From the NCBI RefSeq assembly GCF_001194135.2, contig NC_068984.1, positions 60,810,871-60,874,870 of the forward strand: a stretch of DNA of 64,000 nt, read 5' to 3'. This DNA comes from Octopus bimaculoides. Taxonomy: Eukaryota. The notes below the pieces were generated by a model. It searched no databases, was not told the DNA's origin, and was given only the letters and a program-made list of their open reading frames with translations. The translations under genes and the position numbers were made by a program. Shown here piece by piece: positions 12,795 through 25,527 of this stretch (positions are counted from its first letter, which is position 1; every line of letters starts with the position of its first letter).

Positions 12795-13084
12795 ACATAG
12801 AAAACACACACACACACACACAAAACACAACACATACACGTACACACACACGTACACACACATAATGCATGCGCACTCACACACACATATATATAAATGT
12901 ATGGGCATATATTTTATCAATGTATATCAGTGAACCTTCACTTTTCGAACGAAAACTCTTCAAATATTTGTTTCGCATTAAGATCCGGACATTGCCTTAT
13001 CATTCTTGACTTTGCAAATGCAGGGAATCAATGATTGTCAAACGAACGACACTGTCATTCACGAACATTGATATAAATTTTTAA

Positions 13085-13430
13085 AATCTTCTAGAGAAAT
13101 ATTTCCAGATCGGTGCGCTATTTTTTGCAGAAGATTGTCTGGCACGAAAACAACTTGAGAAAGCCACCAAGGAAATTGGTACAGCAGGTGAAAAAATGCT
13201 CAAGATGACTAAAGTTGATAAGAAACCGCAAGTGGAACTCTTCTGCAGGTGAAGACTAATTCAGTCCTCGCTTCCCCATTCGGGCGAAACGTACAGGCTA
13301 AAGGGGCAAAATGCTTGTGACTCCGTGATACTGGCTGACAATACAGAAGGGCTTCCAGCGTTGCGATGGATTTAGACGAGCTTGTAAAATTTCCGAGAAG
13401 CCCCTATAGTTTTTGCTTGAGGCAAAACAT
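13085..13430 (+). pseudogene. Highly decayed non-LTR (RTE-like) reverse transcriptase fragment
   Basis: Reads ...QIGALFFAEDCLARKQLEKATKEIGTAGEKMLKMTKV..., similar to the RT LFADD...AGEKxGLKMNxxKTKV segment; multiple stops downstream. Confidence 0.35.
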
Positions 13431-13780
13431 CTCCAATGTTTATTTCACCTGAAAGGAACACGATATAAATGAAGAATTAATAAAACAAATTTATCCATTC
13501 TTTTATTTCAGAATTCGTCCAGTTTCTCCCTTTGTGCGTCAACCTTCTTTCTTTCTTTCTTTCTTTTACTCTTTCTTCCTTTCTTTCTCCTTCCTTCCTT
13601 TCTATCTTTCTTTCTTTTTTGTCTCTGTTTGTCTGCCTACCTGTCTGCTTGTCTCTTTTTTTACACATAGGTGCGTGTAAAAGTTGTATATGTGAAACAA
13701 ATGGAGTATTACTACAAGAGAAAGAAAAGGGAAAGAAACAAGAACAGGAACTGAGGAGAAGACAGGGAGAGAGGGAGATA

Positions 13781-13820
<40 letters not shown>

Positions 13821-14466
13821 GGAGAGACATAAAGAAAGAAAATGTGAGGCAGAAACAGAGGCAGAAAACTGTGTATTCATAAATGTGTACGAGTGTAGAG
13901 TTAACAGGAATGTTTTCTTCCTTCAGTATATAGTTCATACATACATACACACACACATACATACATACATACATACGCACGTACGTACATACATCCATAA
14001 AAACATGCAAACATACACACATATCTATATCTATGTGTGACTACATATCTATTTATATATCGATCTAACCGTATCTCTACTCTCTTCATGGATACATATA
14101 AATACACACACACACACACACTGTATATATATATATATATATNNNNNNNNNNTTCCCTACTAATGGAGGTCATCAAGCTTGAGGACCCCCTATTAGGTTA
14201 GAAACAAATATAGATTTGTAGCATTCAATTACTTCTTTAAAAAAAGAAAATACTTTATCAATCACTCGGTTTCTAGTCTGCTTAGAATCCTTTTGGTAGT
14301 TCAAGGTTTACGCTATTTGGAAATGTAAATAACACACACGCACGCGCACCCCAACCCATACACACGCACGTATACACATACATATATATGCGTTTATATA
14401 TGCATGAATATACACATAATATACATATATAAGTGCATACTTACCTGCACATATCTATATATCGAA

Positions 14467-14497
<31 letters not shown>

Positions 14498-14643
14498 AAT
14501 ATACACATACACATGCACACACACACACAGACACACACACATGTACATGTACATCTATATATACATACATATATATGGGTGTGCTTGTCAGTGCATGCTC
14601 ATCTTAACCTGTGTCTGTACGTAACAGTATATGTATATATATA

Positions 14644-14691
<48 letters not shown>

Positions 14692-14719
14692 NNNNNNNNN
14701 NNNNNNNNNNNNNNNNNNN

Positions 14720-14781
<62 letters not shown>

Positions 14782-15281
14782 GGGAGAAAGAAGAGAGATA
14801 AGGAAAAGTAAAGTGAGCGAGTAGATACAACGAGGAAAAAATAATATAAGTCTATTGTGCGAGTGAAAGTGCATGAAAAATTTTAAATTGGTGTGTCTGA
14901 GTATACTGGAAGCCTCTAGGTATTTATGAACGAAACAAAATATTCTGAAGATCTTTATATTTTGTATGTAGATAATATAAATATGAAAGCGATATAAAGT
15001 AGATTTATAAAGAAGCCCCAATATTAGTATTAGTAGTAGTTGTTGTGGTTGTTATTGTGGTTGCTATTGTTGCTGTTGTGTCTATTGTGTGGCAAAATGG
15101 TGCGTTCTAACAGAATGTCGAAAGGACAAATGATATTGAAATGCTTTCTAACATAAAAAAATAGATGCTGTGATAAAGTATATATGCATTCATATATGCA
15201 TGCACATACTCGTGCATATATATATGTTTTTACATATACATGCATATATGCATATATACGTATATGTACATACATCTATAC

Positions 15282-15319
<38 letters not shown>

Positions 15320-17028
15320 NNNNNNNNNNNNNNNNNNNNNNNNNNNNNNNNNNNNNNNNNNNNNNNNNNNNNNNNNNNNNNNNNNNNNNNNNNNNNNNNN
15401 NNNNNNNNNNNNNNNNNNNNNNNNNNNNNNNNNNNNNNNNNNNNNNNNNNNNNNNNNNNNNNNNNNNNNNNNNNNNNNNNNNNNNNNNNNNNNNNNNNNN
15501 NNNNNNNNNNNNNNNNNNNNNNNNNNNNNNNNNNNNNNNNNNCTTCTTGGCTGTTTTCTATTCTTGTATTTCGAGCATTTAGCAACAATATACGCTTTCG
15601 ATGAAACAGTTGCTCCCGCAAAGCAAATGAAATAAAATTTGGGATTTTGCGGAGGGTCAAAATTAGTAACACAAACGGGACAGATAAAAAAAAATAGAGG
15701 AAGGGCTGCTAAGCCTAAACGAGGTTGTGGTGGCGAACACGTAAATCAAGCTTGGACAGGAGACAGACAAGAATGCGTCTTCCTCGTTCCAGCTACAACG
15801 GAGAGAAAGAAAGAAAGATGGCTGATGACCACATGAGTGCCACATTAGCAGGGGAGGGGGAGTGAAGGAGAGAGAGTGACAGAGTAATAGGAGAGAATAG
15901 TGGGAGAAGAGGAGGTAAATGAATAAGAGAGAGAAAGAGAGAAAAACGAAAGAGTATACAGTATTAAAGGTTTTGAAAAATAATGGAATAAAATTTTAAA
16001 ATAAAATAGAAAAGAGGACTGAGGACTATTGTAGTTTAGCATAGTTATAATGTTATAGCATTGAGATAAATTTAGAAATTAGATATGCAGGTTACAAATA
16101 AATTATATTTAAAATTATTAGAAGAAAGCGAAGAAACAAATTATTAAAAAAATATATAAAGGAGAGTATTAGATATAAAAATTTAGAATTTAGGCCCATA
16201 GGCTAATAAGGAATATAATGTATTTAAAATATAAGGATATAAACATAAAATATACGATGAAGTATGTAAAATATAAATAGTAAAAAGTATATAATCCTAA
16301 AAGTAATATTTAAAGGATATATAAAAAATATACAAAAGAATATATAAAAAATATAAATAAAATAAAATGTATAACAATATAAAAAGTATAAAAATAAAAA
16401 AATACAAGAATATAAAAATGTAAGAAAAATATAGAAAATAATAAAAAATATAAAGAAATATATAAAAAATTATAAAGCTATATATATATATATATATATA
16501 NNNNNNNNNNNNNNNNNNNNNNNNNNNNNNNNNNNNNNNNNNNNNNNNNNNNNNNNNNNNNNNNNNNNNNNNNNNNNNNNNNNNNNNNNNNNNNNNNNNN
16601 NNNNNNNNNNNNNNNNNNNNNNNNNNNNNNNNNNNNNNNNNNNNNNNNNNNNNNNNNNNNNNNNNNNNNNNNNNNNNNNNNNNNNNNNNNNNNNNNNNNN
16701 NNNNNNNNNNNNNNNNNNNNNNNNNNNNNNNNNNNNNNNNNNNNNNNNNNNNNNNNNNNNNNNNNNNNNNNNNNNNNNNNNNNNNNNNNNNNNNNNNNNN
16801 NNNNNNNNNNNNNNNNNNNNNNNNNNNNNNNNNNNNNNNNNNNNNNNNNNNNNNNNNNNNNNNNNNNNNNNNNNNNNNNNNNNNNNNNNNNNNNNNNNNN
16901 NNNNNNNNNNNNNNNNNNNNNNNNNNNNNNNNNNNNNNNNNNNNNNNNNNNNNNNNNNNNNNNNNNNNNNNNNNNNNNNNNNNNNNNNNNNNNNNNNNNN
17001 NNNNNNNNTTCAGTTGTTTATATTTACT

Positions 17029-17373
17029 CCTTTGGCTGATTAAGCCATAGCTTCGTTTTATTTGCTTTTTTCATTTTAAATTTGCTGTTTTACCCTAACC
17101 CTAGCCCTAACCCTAACCCTATCACCGATAGAATTGTTTCAAAATAGTTTGTTTATGTAGTCGGCACTTAATGTATATCGGCTGAATGGACGTCAGTGAT
17201 TGGTTGAAATTACAGAAATACGACAACTTTAACATGGAATAACTTAGGGATTTCTTTTTTTTTTTAAGAAGACTAAGACAAAAAGATGTTTTATATGACA
17301 CATTCTACCAGTGTTCCAAGTTTCAAAGTGTTTCGTTAATGAAAAATGTGGCCCCCGTTTTAAAAAAGATCCG
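17029..17373. mobile_element. Non-autonomous element carrying an internal telomere-type repeat (CCCTAA-like x5 at 17093-17122)
   Basis: ccctaa ccctag ccctaa ccctaa ccctat within non-microsatellite sequence; left end lost in a gap. Confidence 0.45.
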
Positions 17374-18706
17374 TAAAGTTATAGGATAATCATTTCAACC
17401 TAAAGGTTATATATGGTCAAATCACGAGAGAATCTTATAAGTATGATTTACTAAAGGAATACTAAATCTAGTATAATTAATAAGTATTATTAATGATAAC
17501 CAGCAATGTGAATGCGAATGCGTTAAAAACAATATTTTAAAATATGGTATTTAAAGACTATCGAAATTTATGATGGTTTATAATGATTCAACAAATAATA
17601 AACTATAAAGAAGGAGAGATAAAATTAGGAAGAGAAAACAAAAATGAAATTAAAAATTAATAATAAATTAATGAAGTAGTACTAATTCTAGGGGGAGGGA
17701 GGTTATATTAACTGCTATATAGAGTTTGAATGTTTAATCCATGGAGTTATAAGCGCAGTATACTATGTAAAGGTAAGAGAAAAAACTATACGGGGAATAA
17801 CTATTAAGACATAGGAGTTATAGTGTGTAAGGTATAAACGAATTGGGTGGAATATAAGTTATCCAGATATCATGATTAGTTATATAAAGAGGATAGCTAT
17901 ATATAAAGGATCAACGGTGTTAAGGGTCAATAGAACACATTACTAAACAGGTTATAATATTACAGAGAGTAAGCTATGAATGATAGTGCACGGTGAGTAA
18001 CTTAGGTCATCAAAGAGACAGTAGGAAGTATTTATTATTTATGCTTCTAAAGTATTTAAAGGTACGGGTAATACAATGAACACATGACGTCCTAAGATCT
18101 AATAACCGGTAAATTCTCTGTTCTGACCAAATATATACTATTCTGATAAGTTCATTCTGCCAGCTGAATTGTAGCAGGATCAATGTAAATATTTTTACTC
18201 CGTGAATTTGTTAACTATGTTGAATAAGGGCACCCTTTATGTTTGAAGATCATGAATTCATCTGACAGAAGCGGTTTCTTTACAATGATGTAATGTCCTC
18301 ATTAATCAATTAAAAGAATCGCTGGAAACGGCCGTAATACATTGACACCTGTACCTCTTTGTTACTCATATTTTATTCACCTATCCTGGAATCTACGCTT
18401 CGTAAATATTATAGATAGTATTTTTAATATAAACTACACGTCTGAATAGCTAAGAGCAGATTTCTTCACTCAACTGGGTCTTATAATCTGCATACACTGC
18501 AAGAATATCATGTGGCCGGCACTTATGCACCAAATCTGATATCTACTTAATATAGTTGAGTATGCATGATACTCAGGCCTAACAAGGTGCCTCAATTTAA
18601 GTACTTAGTTCAACTGAATCTTAATGATATATTTATATATATATACATATATATATATCATTAAGATTCAGTTATATGTATATATATATATATATATGCA
18701 TGTATG

Positions 18707-18870
18707 TGTTGTGTCGACACCCCCAGCGAAGAAGTAGGATCTCCCAAGACATATAAATAGAGGTAGTCTGGCCGTGGTAGGAGTGTTGAGTAGCAGTCGA
18801 GTAGCAGTTGTGTAGCGGTTGAGTAAAGATCATCCGAAGGTGCTAGATAGCAGTATATTGAGACATAACA
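18707..18870 (+). mobile_element. Short solo LTR (164 bp)
   Basis: TG...CA ends, terminal inverted repeat TGTTGTGTC / GACATAACA (8/9), 5-bp TSD GTATG (18702-18706 and 18871-18875), internal TATAAATA and AGTAAA. Confidence 0.65.
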
Positions 18871-19249
18871 GTATGTATGCTTGTGTATATAATATTTATG
18901 TATATATGCATATATATACTTACATACACAACACATATACATATAGATTTGGCAATTGAAACAGGAAAATAGAAATCAATATTTGTTATTATTAATCAGC
19001 AGAAGTAATGGAGTGTCTCAATGGCCGAGAGTCTCGTGAATTGGCGCTTCTCAAACTTGTTTCAAATCATTGGGATTATAATTATATATATATATAGATG
19101 AAAATCATAATATAGTGTCATGCAGATTGAGGGCTAAAAAATCCGCATTTGCAGTTCATCTATGTAAAGTACTATCAAGCACTGATACAAAAAGAATGTA
19201 GTGTCTACCAGTACAAACTGTTGCTGTGGCATGCAGTCGAGAGATTTTC

Positions 19250-20878
19250 AAGTAGTCAGTTATGACATTCAAGAATTGGAGCAGATTGCTAACTAAGATG
19301 AACGAATCTTGATTCTAAATAGAAAAAAGAAACGTATACAAGAATCAAACAACTGGTGATAGCTGACTCAACAAGAACAATTTTCGTTGATGCTTGTAGT
19401 AGAACAGTGTTGTAGGAAATTAGTAATAACGGTACACATCTCCTGCGTGACGAGTGGAATGTGAAGTCACTATAAGTAAGGTGACGTCGGCCGGTATCGA
19501 GAGGGTGCGTGTAGATTGTGTTGATAGTCATGTCTGTGCTGATATTGTAACTATACTGTGATACTAAGCGGACGTTATAACGACATAACCTTTTGAGGAT
19601 AATAACACTGTATGAGTAGGAGTCGTACAGTACCAGATAGAAACATTCTATCAACGACTTCGGAATATAACAATATCTGTCAGAGCGCAAACCGCTGTAC
19701 AAAGACAGATACGACAAACAGGCAAAATATTTTTGTTTATCTAATTTTGCGCAATTGCAGTGACCTCATATGAAATTGCTAAGATTTTTCTCGTAGGTGG
19801 TAGGATTGTTCACTCTGATTTTAAGCTGCTGATGAACTTTGCCTTACACACAGTCCTTAATGCAACAATGCAACTTTAAGCAATATTGACAAATGATCTG
19901 AAAGTATGAAATGAGCACACAGCGCCTCACAGACATGCATTTGAGGCTTTCAATCGTACCTTTTAAGATCTCTGAGGATTTATGAATTTGTCGTCCTGGA
20001 GAGTAAAAATGACTTTGTTCAGGATGTTAATGTCATAAACATTAAAAAAATATCTATCTCAGTCCAGATGATACAACTCAATTCACATGGTAGTCGATGT
20101 TAACGATGCTGCTAATTATCCAACAAAGTTCCTTAATTCTCTTAAGTCCATTGCTGTCAGACCTAATCTTCTGCAAGTGAAAGTAGATGCACGTATTGTT
20201 ATGATATTTCGATGTCCCAAATCTCTGTAGTGATACCAGATTTTCTATTAAAATCTTTGTCTCAGATGAACGAATTTGCTAATATGAATAGTTGCATCAA
20301 GGAAGATATTCCACGCATTCGCATTATCTCATAAGCTATGTCATTACAATTCAGGTGCGTTCAGTTTTCATTGACAGTTTTTTTTTACCTGTTTCAGGGT
20401 ACAGCCACTAAAGGTTGTCGGAGTTGGACTCACAACATCATATTTCTCTCTTAATAAGTTCCATGTTGTATGCTCACGTATTAGGCCAAAGAAATATTTT
20501 TTTTATCACAACACCGAACCGTAAAACAAGAAATGTTTAGCACAAAGTTATCGTTCAATGGAACACATTTATATAAGAAGTAAAAATTGCTTCTACTTTA
20601 TGCATTATACATACCAGTTTATAATTGTCAGAAAAATATGAAGGTAGTATTTTCTTAGGCCACAAAATTAAATATCAATAAACACAGTCTCAAAGATTTT
20701 ACACATAATAGAAACTTGGCAATATTCAACTGGAAGTATGCATCTGTATTACAACAAATGTATAAACAAATATAACTATCAACTAAAAGAACAATATAAA
20801 ACTTGCTATAAATTATAGTCATTTAATAAACAAATGTTTCTTTTTGATATCCGAGCAACGCCGGGAAATTCTGTTACT
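19250..20878 (+). mobile_element. Helitron remnant: decayed Pif1-family helicase and 3' terminal hairpin
   Basis: Motifs IFVDACSRT|GKIFL (Walker A), AIAVTSYEIAKIFLVGGRIVHSDFKL, V*NEHTAPHRHAFEAFNRT, NYPTKFLNSL, QPLKVVGVGLTTSYFS...VCSRI, TRNV; 3' hairpin CCGAGCAACGCCGGG at 20851-20865 followed by a degenerate CTRR end. Confidence 0.9.
19408..19716. mobile_element. Solo LTR (309 bp) inserted in the Helitron Walker A motif
   Basis: TG...CA ends, TGTTGTA / TACGACA inverted ends (6/7), exact 5-bp TSD AACAG (19403-19407 and 19717-19721); excision restores the helicase frame. Confidence 0.85.
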
Positions 20879-21869
20879 GTGTGTTTGTGTGTGTATACAT
20901 TTAAATACTTAAATACGTATGTATATGTGAATGTATGTAAAATATATGCATGCATTTGAATATATACATATACATATATATATATGCATACACACACACA
21001 TATGTGTGCGTATATATACATATGTATAAATATTTATTTACGTATATACGTGTATGTATCTTTATATATATATATATATGACTTCAACTCTTTTTCTCCC
21101 GATCTGTAGTTGCTTTTCCAATGAATTTACTCCATATGCCCTTCAGACGTATTTTTCTCTTTTGATGTATATCATATATTATATTTTCCCTGCTATTGTG
21201 TCTTTTATTAAATCTGAACAGTTTTTATTTTATAAATCTGAAATAATGTTGTTGAATTTTTTTCCTTTTGTTTATATATTTTACATATCTTTTATTTATC
21301 TCTCTTTGTTTAAAATTCTGTTGTTATTCTGCTTGTTTGTTTTTTACTATAAACATATTTCAAATATTTTTTTTCTCGCATTTTAAATATTTGTTTGTTT
21401 TGTCGAAGCGTGCGATTTATTCTCCAAGTAAGTATTCCTTTATTCTTCTTCTTCTATCTAAACTGCGAACATTTCAAAATAATCTTTTATGCCTAAAGAA
21501 CAATTCACACACACACGCGCACACAAAGGAAAAACAAAAGCAAGAATATCTGGTTCTCATTAGCATATGCTTCATTTTTATTCCATTATTTCCTTCACTT
21601 ATCTCTTCTCTAAATCCCACTGCTGCTTTTGACATAAGTTGAAATTTTCATAGCACATCACATTTCTCTCATAAACATTAGCTAACTACTGGAAAGGCCT
21701 GTTCATCCAATATTCTCGAGCGCAACCACTATCATTATGACAAGAAGCCACCAGCAGATTTTTTCGTATAGACAACTGTTATAGTAGATTAATATACCTC
21801 TAGTATACTAGATTAATATGCTTCTATTATAATACCATTCAGTATCTAGGATGCATTATAGAAATATTA

Positions 21870-21990
21870 ATTGACTCCGGTATTGAATTACAACTTTATT
21901 TTATTAAGTCCGGAAAGGTGACAAGCGAAGTTCACCTTCGCTGGATTTGAACTCATAAGGTTAAAAGGTCGCAGTTAAATACAGAATATA
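21870..21990 (-). mobile_element. SINE family A, old degenerate copy
   Basis: CCGGAAAGG...GGATTTGAACTCA. Confidence 0.6.
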
Positions 21991-22183
21991 GTGCGTTATT
22001 TAACCTCAAAACACTGTAACCTATTCAGCCAATCCGACACCTTTTCTCCTGGTAGAGAAAAAATACTGACTGGCCTCGTCACAAACATTACGTTACAACG
22101 AGAAGAAATGACTTGCATAATGTAATTAGTTAACAAATGCTACAACAAGAACAACAAGAACAACAACAACAACAACAACAACA

Positions 22184-22219
<36 letters not shown>

Positions 22220-22758
22220 GGTGCTACTACTACCACACTTTTAGGTTGTCGCCACTACCACTCACATCGTCGTCGTCATTATCACCACGACGAACGTGGT
22301 TGCTCTAGTTGCACATTCATTCATACATATTTACATAAATACGTACGTACATACACACATATACGTATACATATTATATATATATACAGTCTGTTACAAT
22401 CTGTCATACCGGCCATGATGAAATACCACAAGGTATAGAAAATACGTATTCGCCTTTATATATTTATATATTTAATCCTTTATATTGAACACTCAATATT
22501 TCATACATTCAATAAGACATTCCATATGTTCAATAAGACATTCAATACTTCATTTCATTGTACCATCCATCTTTTTTTTTATTACATATTATATATTCGA
22601 TATTCTATATCCCACATAAATTTTACAAGAATATAAATAAAAAACATAAAAAGCAGACAGAGTTGGAACTCTTTTAAATAAAATAATATATTCCTCTATA
22701 CACGATCATACAAAACCCTTTTTTTTGTATTTATTTTTACTCACACACACATATATAT

Positions 22759-22937
22759 ATGGCCCTAAAGTAGGTTTACTGTTATCACGTAAGCACTTTA
22801 AATTTCTACCTTACAATTAACTAAATTAGCATAGAATAATGGTTTCATATATTTTATAATTAAGATCTAAACTGTTAATATACGAATGCGAAAGAGATAG
22901 TTGAATAACTGTAAACATACTTTTGGGCCATCCTGTA
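22759..22937. mobile_element. Tc1/mariner-type MITE (~180 bp)
   Basis: Left ATGGCCCTAAAGTAGGTTTACTGTTAT versus reverse complement of the right end ATGGCCCAAAAGTATGTTTACAGTTAT; TA-flanked. Confidence 0.7.
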
Positions 22938-23529
22938 TATATATACACACATATACGCACATATATTTACATCCCCTCTCCATATATATACATAAATACA
23001 AACATACACACTAATACATACACAAACACACAAGCTTACATACATAATACATACATACATACATACGTACATACATACATACATGTATACATACATACAT
23101 ATACTCATCAACACACATATACAGACCTCTGAAAATATGGATCTAGACCTGAAATGTTCTTCTTGGCAAGTGTTTTTATGGAAGACCATGTATGAAAACT
23201 CCACCTCTGTTTATGCCACCAATTTTATCCCTAAGATAAACAAAGTCTAATATAACTTGGAAGCTGTTTCATAGCAAGCGGTGAGATAAATACTCATAGA
23301 TCTAGAAGAAAACGCACAACTCGCTCTAACGACTGTTTGTACACCACCTTTTGCTGTCACACATACACAAAAACCAACAACAGATTATTGTTAAAATGAT
23401 ACATTTATGTCGCATGTAGCTATAAAGATGGTTAATTCGAGTTGAAATTGTCTGAAATTTTTGTGCGTTCTAAGAAGGTTGAACAGTATTATATCATTTA
23501 CATTAGTTTAAGACTGGCATCAACAGTGG

Positions 23530-23720
23530 TAAAGTAGCAGAATCAGTAAAGCATCAGATAAAATGCCTTGTAGTGTTTTATATTATTCTGTCTCATTGCA
23601 CTTTAAGATCAAAGCCCACTGAGGTCGATTTTTGCCTTTCATCTTTCAGGATCGATAAAATAAGTTTCAGTTTTTTACTGGTGTGTATATTATCGACTTT
23701 TCATTCTCTCAAAGCCCGTG
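23530..23720 (+). mobile_element. SINE family A, degenerate
   Basis: GAGGTCGATTTTTGCCTTTCATCTTTCAGGATCGATAAAATAAG. Confidence 0.7.
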
Positions 23721-23939
23721 CCTTTGTGTGAAATCATTATACCATAGGCATGTTATTATAGGTATAACATGGATATAATATTTACATTAATCTCCTGTTT
23801 ATTTCTTTCTCTTGGTCTCCACAATAACCGCTGTTGGTGTTACTTCTTTATTATCACGAATTTTGGTTTTCTTTTGCTCATTTTCGGTCAGTAGATTTTT
23901 ACTTGTGGTACCTATCACGTTTAAACTGCGTTATCAGCG

Positions 23940-24440
23940 GTATAATGAAAGGAAACCCTCCTGGCCTACCTCAGAAGAAAAACACTAAACCAATGTACAA
24001 CACACACTGTCGTTTATAGATTACAAATATGGTCTGTAACAACAGAAATGGAGAGAAAACTGGCAGCGTGTCAACACAAAAATGAAATTATCAATATCAA
24101 TGCTCAGCTTGACATGAACATATAAGGAGCGAAAGAGAAATAAATTGGTAAGAGAACGGGTGAACGTAGATGGTATTATAACTGTAAAAAAGATAAAACA
24201 GATGCAGGGAAAATGACACAGTAGCGAAGAGCCAGGCCACCGTTGGCCAAAAGCCATCACGAAATGATAATTAAGAACGGGAAAGAGAAAACACTGAAGA
24301 CTACGATAGAAATGGTGTAATGAAATGAAAAATTTATGCACCATCATCAAATAGGCAACATCAAGTGGAGTGGGAGAGCAAAAAGGTGGGCAATGGAAGT
24401 TAAGAGTTTCATTAAGTGGTGGATAGATAACGGCTAAAAA
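23940..24440 (+). pseudogene. RTE-clade LINE ORF C-terminal fragment (decayed)
   Basis: Across frameshifts reads NQCTTHTVVYRLQIWSVTTEMERKLAACQ...SMLSLT...KERKRNKLVRERVNVDGII...HRWPKAITK..LRTGKRK...KWCNE, matching the RTE C-terminal pattern. Confidence 0.75.
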
Positions 24441-24948
24441 CAACTATGGCTATCGAAAATACCAAGAAAACTGTGTAAAGCAAAGTTACTTTGATGCCAG
24501 TGCTTAGTACTGGTTTCATGATGTCAGGCAGGTAAGAGAGACATTTTCTAGTTAGGACTGTAGTCTATCATATGTCACATTCCCAGATGACCTGTAGCTA
24601 GTCCGGACAGCCAGGGGTACTAGAGGAACGTTGAATAAAATGCTACACTCAGGAAGAGAGCAAAACTACCGCGGATTACAATTTAGGACTCTTGTGCAAG
24701 TAATTACATTTTTTAACCATCTAACTATTTCTCCTTTATGGACGCTTTTCTTTTATTGATTTCAGTTATTGGGTTGTAGCCATGTTTCAGCATGCTTTTA
24801 AGGGATTTTACTCATGATATTAAGCGCAGTATCCATTTCAATAAACTACTTGTGCTGTCGATCTTAGTTTTTCAAATCTCTGCGTTACGCTTTGATATAA
24901 AGTAACATTACACTGGTTTACACCTGTAATCGTAAACACAAACTCAGA

Positions 24949-25003
<55 letters not shown>

Positions 25004-25344
25004 ACAGATACACGCACAAACGCACACACACATACACACTCATGTATGTACGACAGGATCCTGCGCAGTTTGTTTACCATATTTCCAAATGTTGGTCACT
25101 TAGAGGATACATTAGAAGGCGTTTACCCAAGTTGCCATGCAAAAGACTGAACCCAAGATCTCATGACTGCAAATCAAACTTCGTCATCACACGGCTATGA
25201 TGCCTACGCCTTGTAATAAATTATAACTGACATTGTTTCATGAAATGAATGTTTGGACGAGAATAACGGTATTGTATATTTGTGCAAGTAGTTTTTATAT
25301 CTTCCGTTTATACCTAAAACATATCTTGCGTATCTTTTAACAAG

Positions 25345-25527
25345 ATATCTCATATTCTGGGACTTTACATGGTTCAATCACTTCACTTGACCCACTCCGC
25401 AATTTCCTGCTGCACAACAAGGAATTGTACACGTCAACGTGGGATAATCTACGAAGTCGTTTAACAGGCAAGAAATTACAGCAAAATTTCTCTGAAAACG
25501 CACTGGACTGTCTTAAAAAAATGAAAT
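25345..25527 (+). CDS. Candidate internal coding exon (183 nt, phase 1-1), possibly an ionotropic glutamate receptor/IR S2 ligand-binding segment
   Basis: Acceptor tcttttaacaag, donor gtatgt, open frame ISYSGTLHGSITSLDPLRNFLLHNKELYTSTWDNLRSRLTGKKLQQNFSENALDCLKKMK; loose match to iGluR I-x-Y-GT-L...Y...W...F...K; no other iGluR exon found in the window. Confidence 0.35.

Noticed and set aside
15850-16500. Long purine/A-rich, strand-skewed tract
   Set aside because: Low-complexity decayed microsatellite next to a gap, with no defined unit or function.
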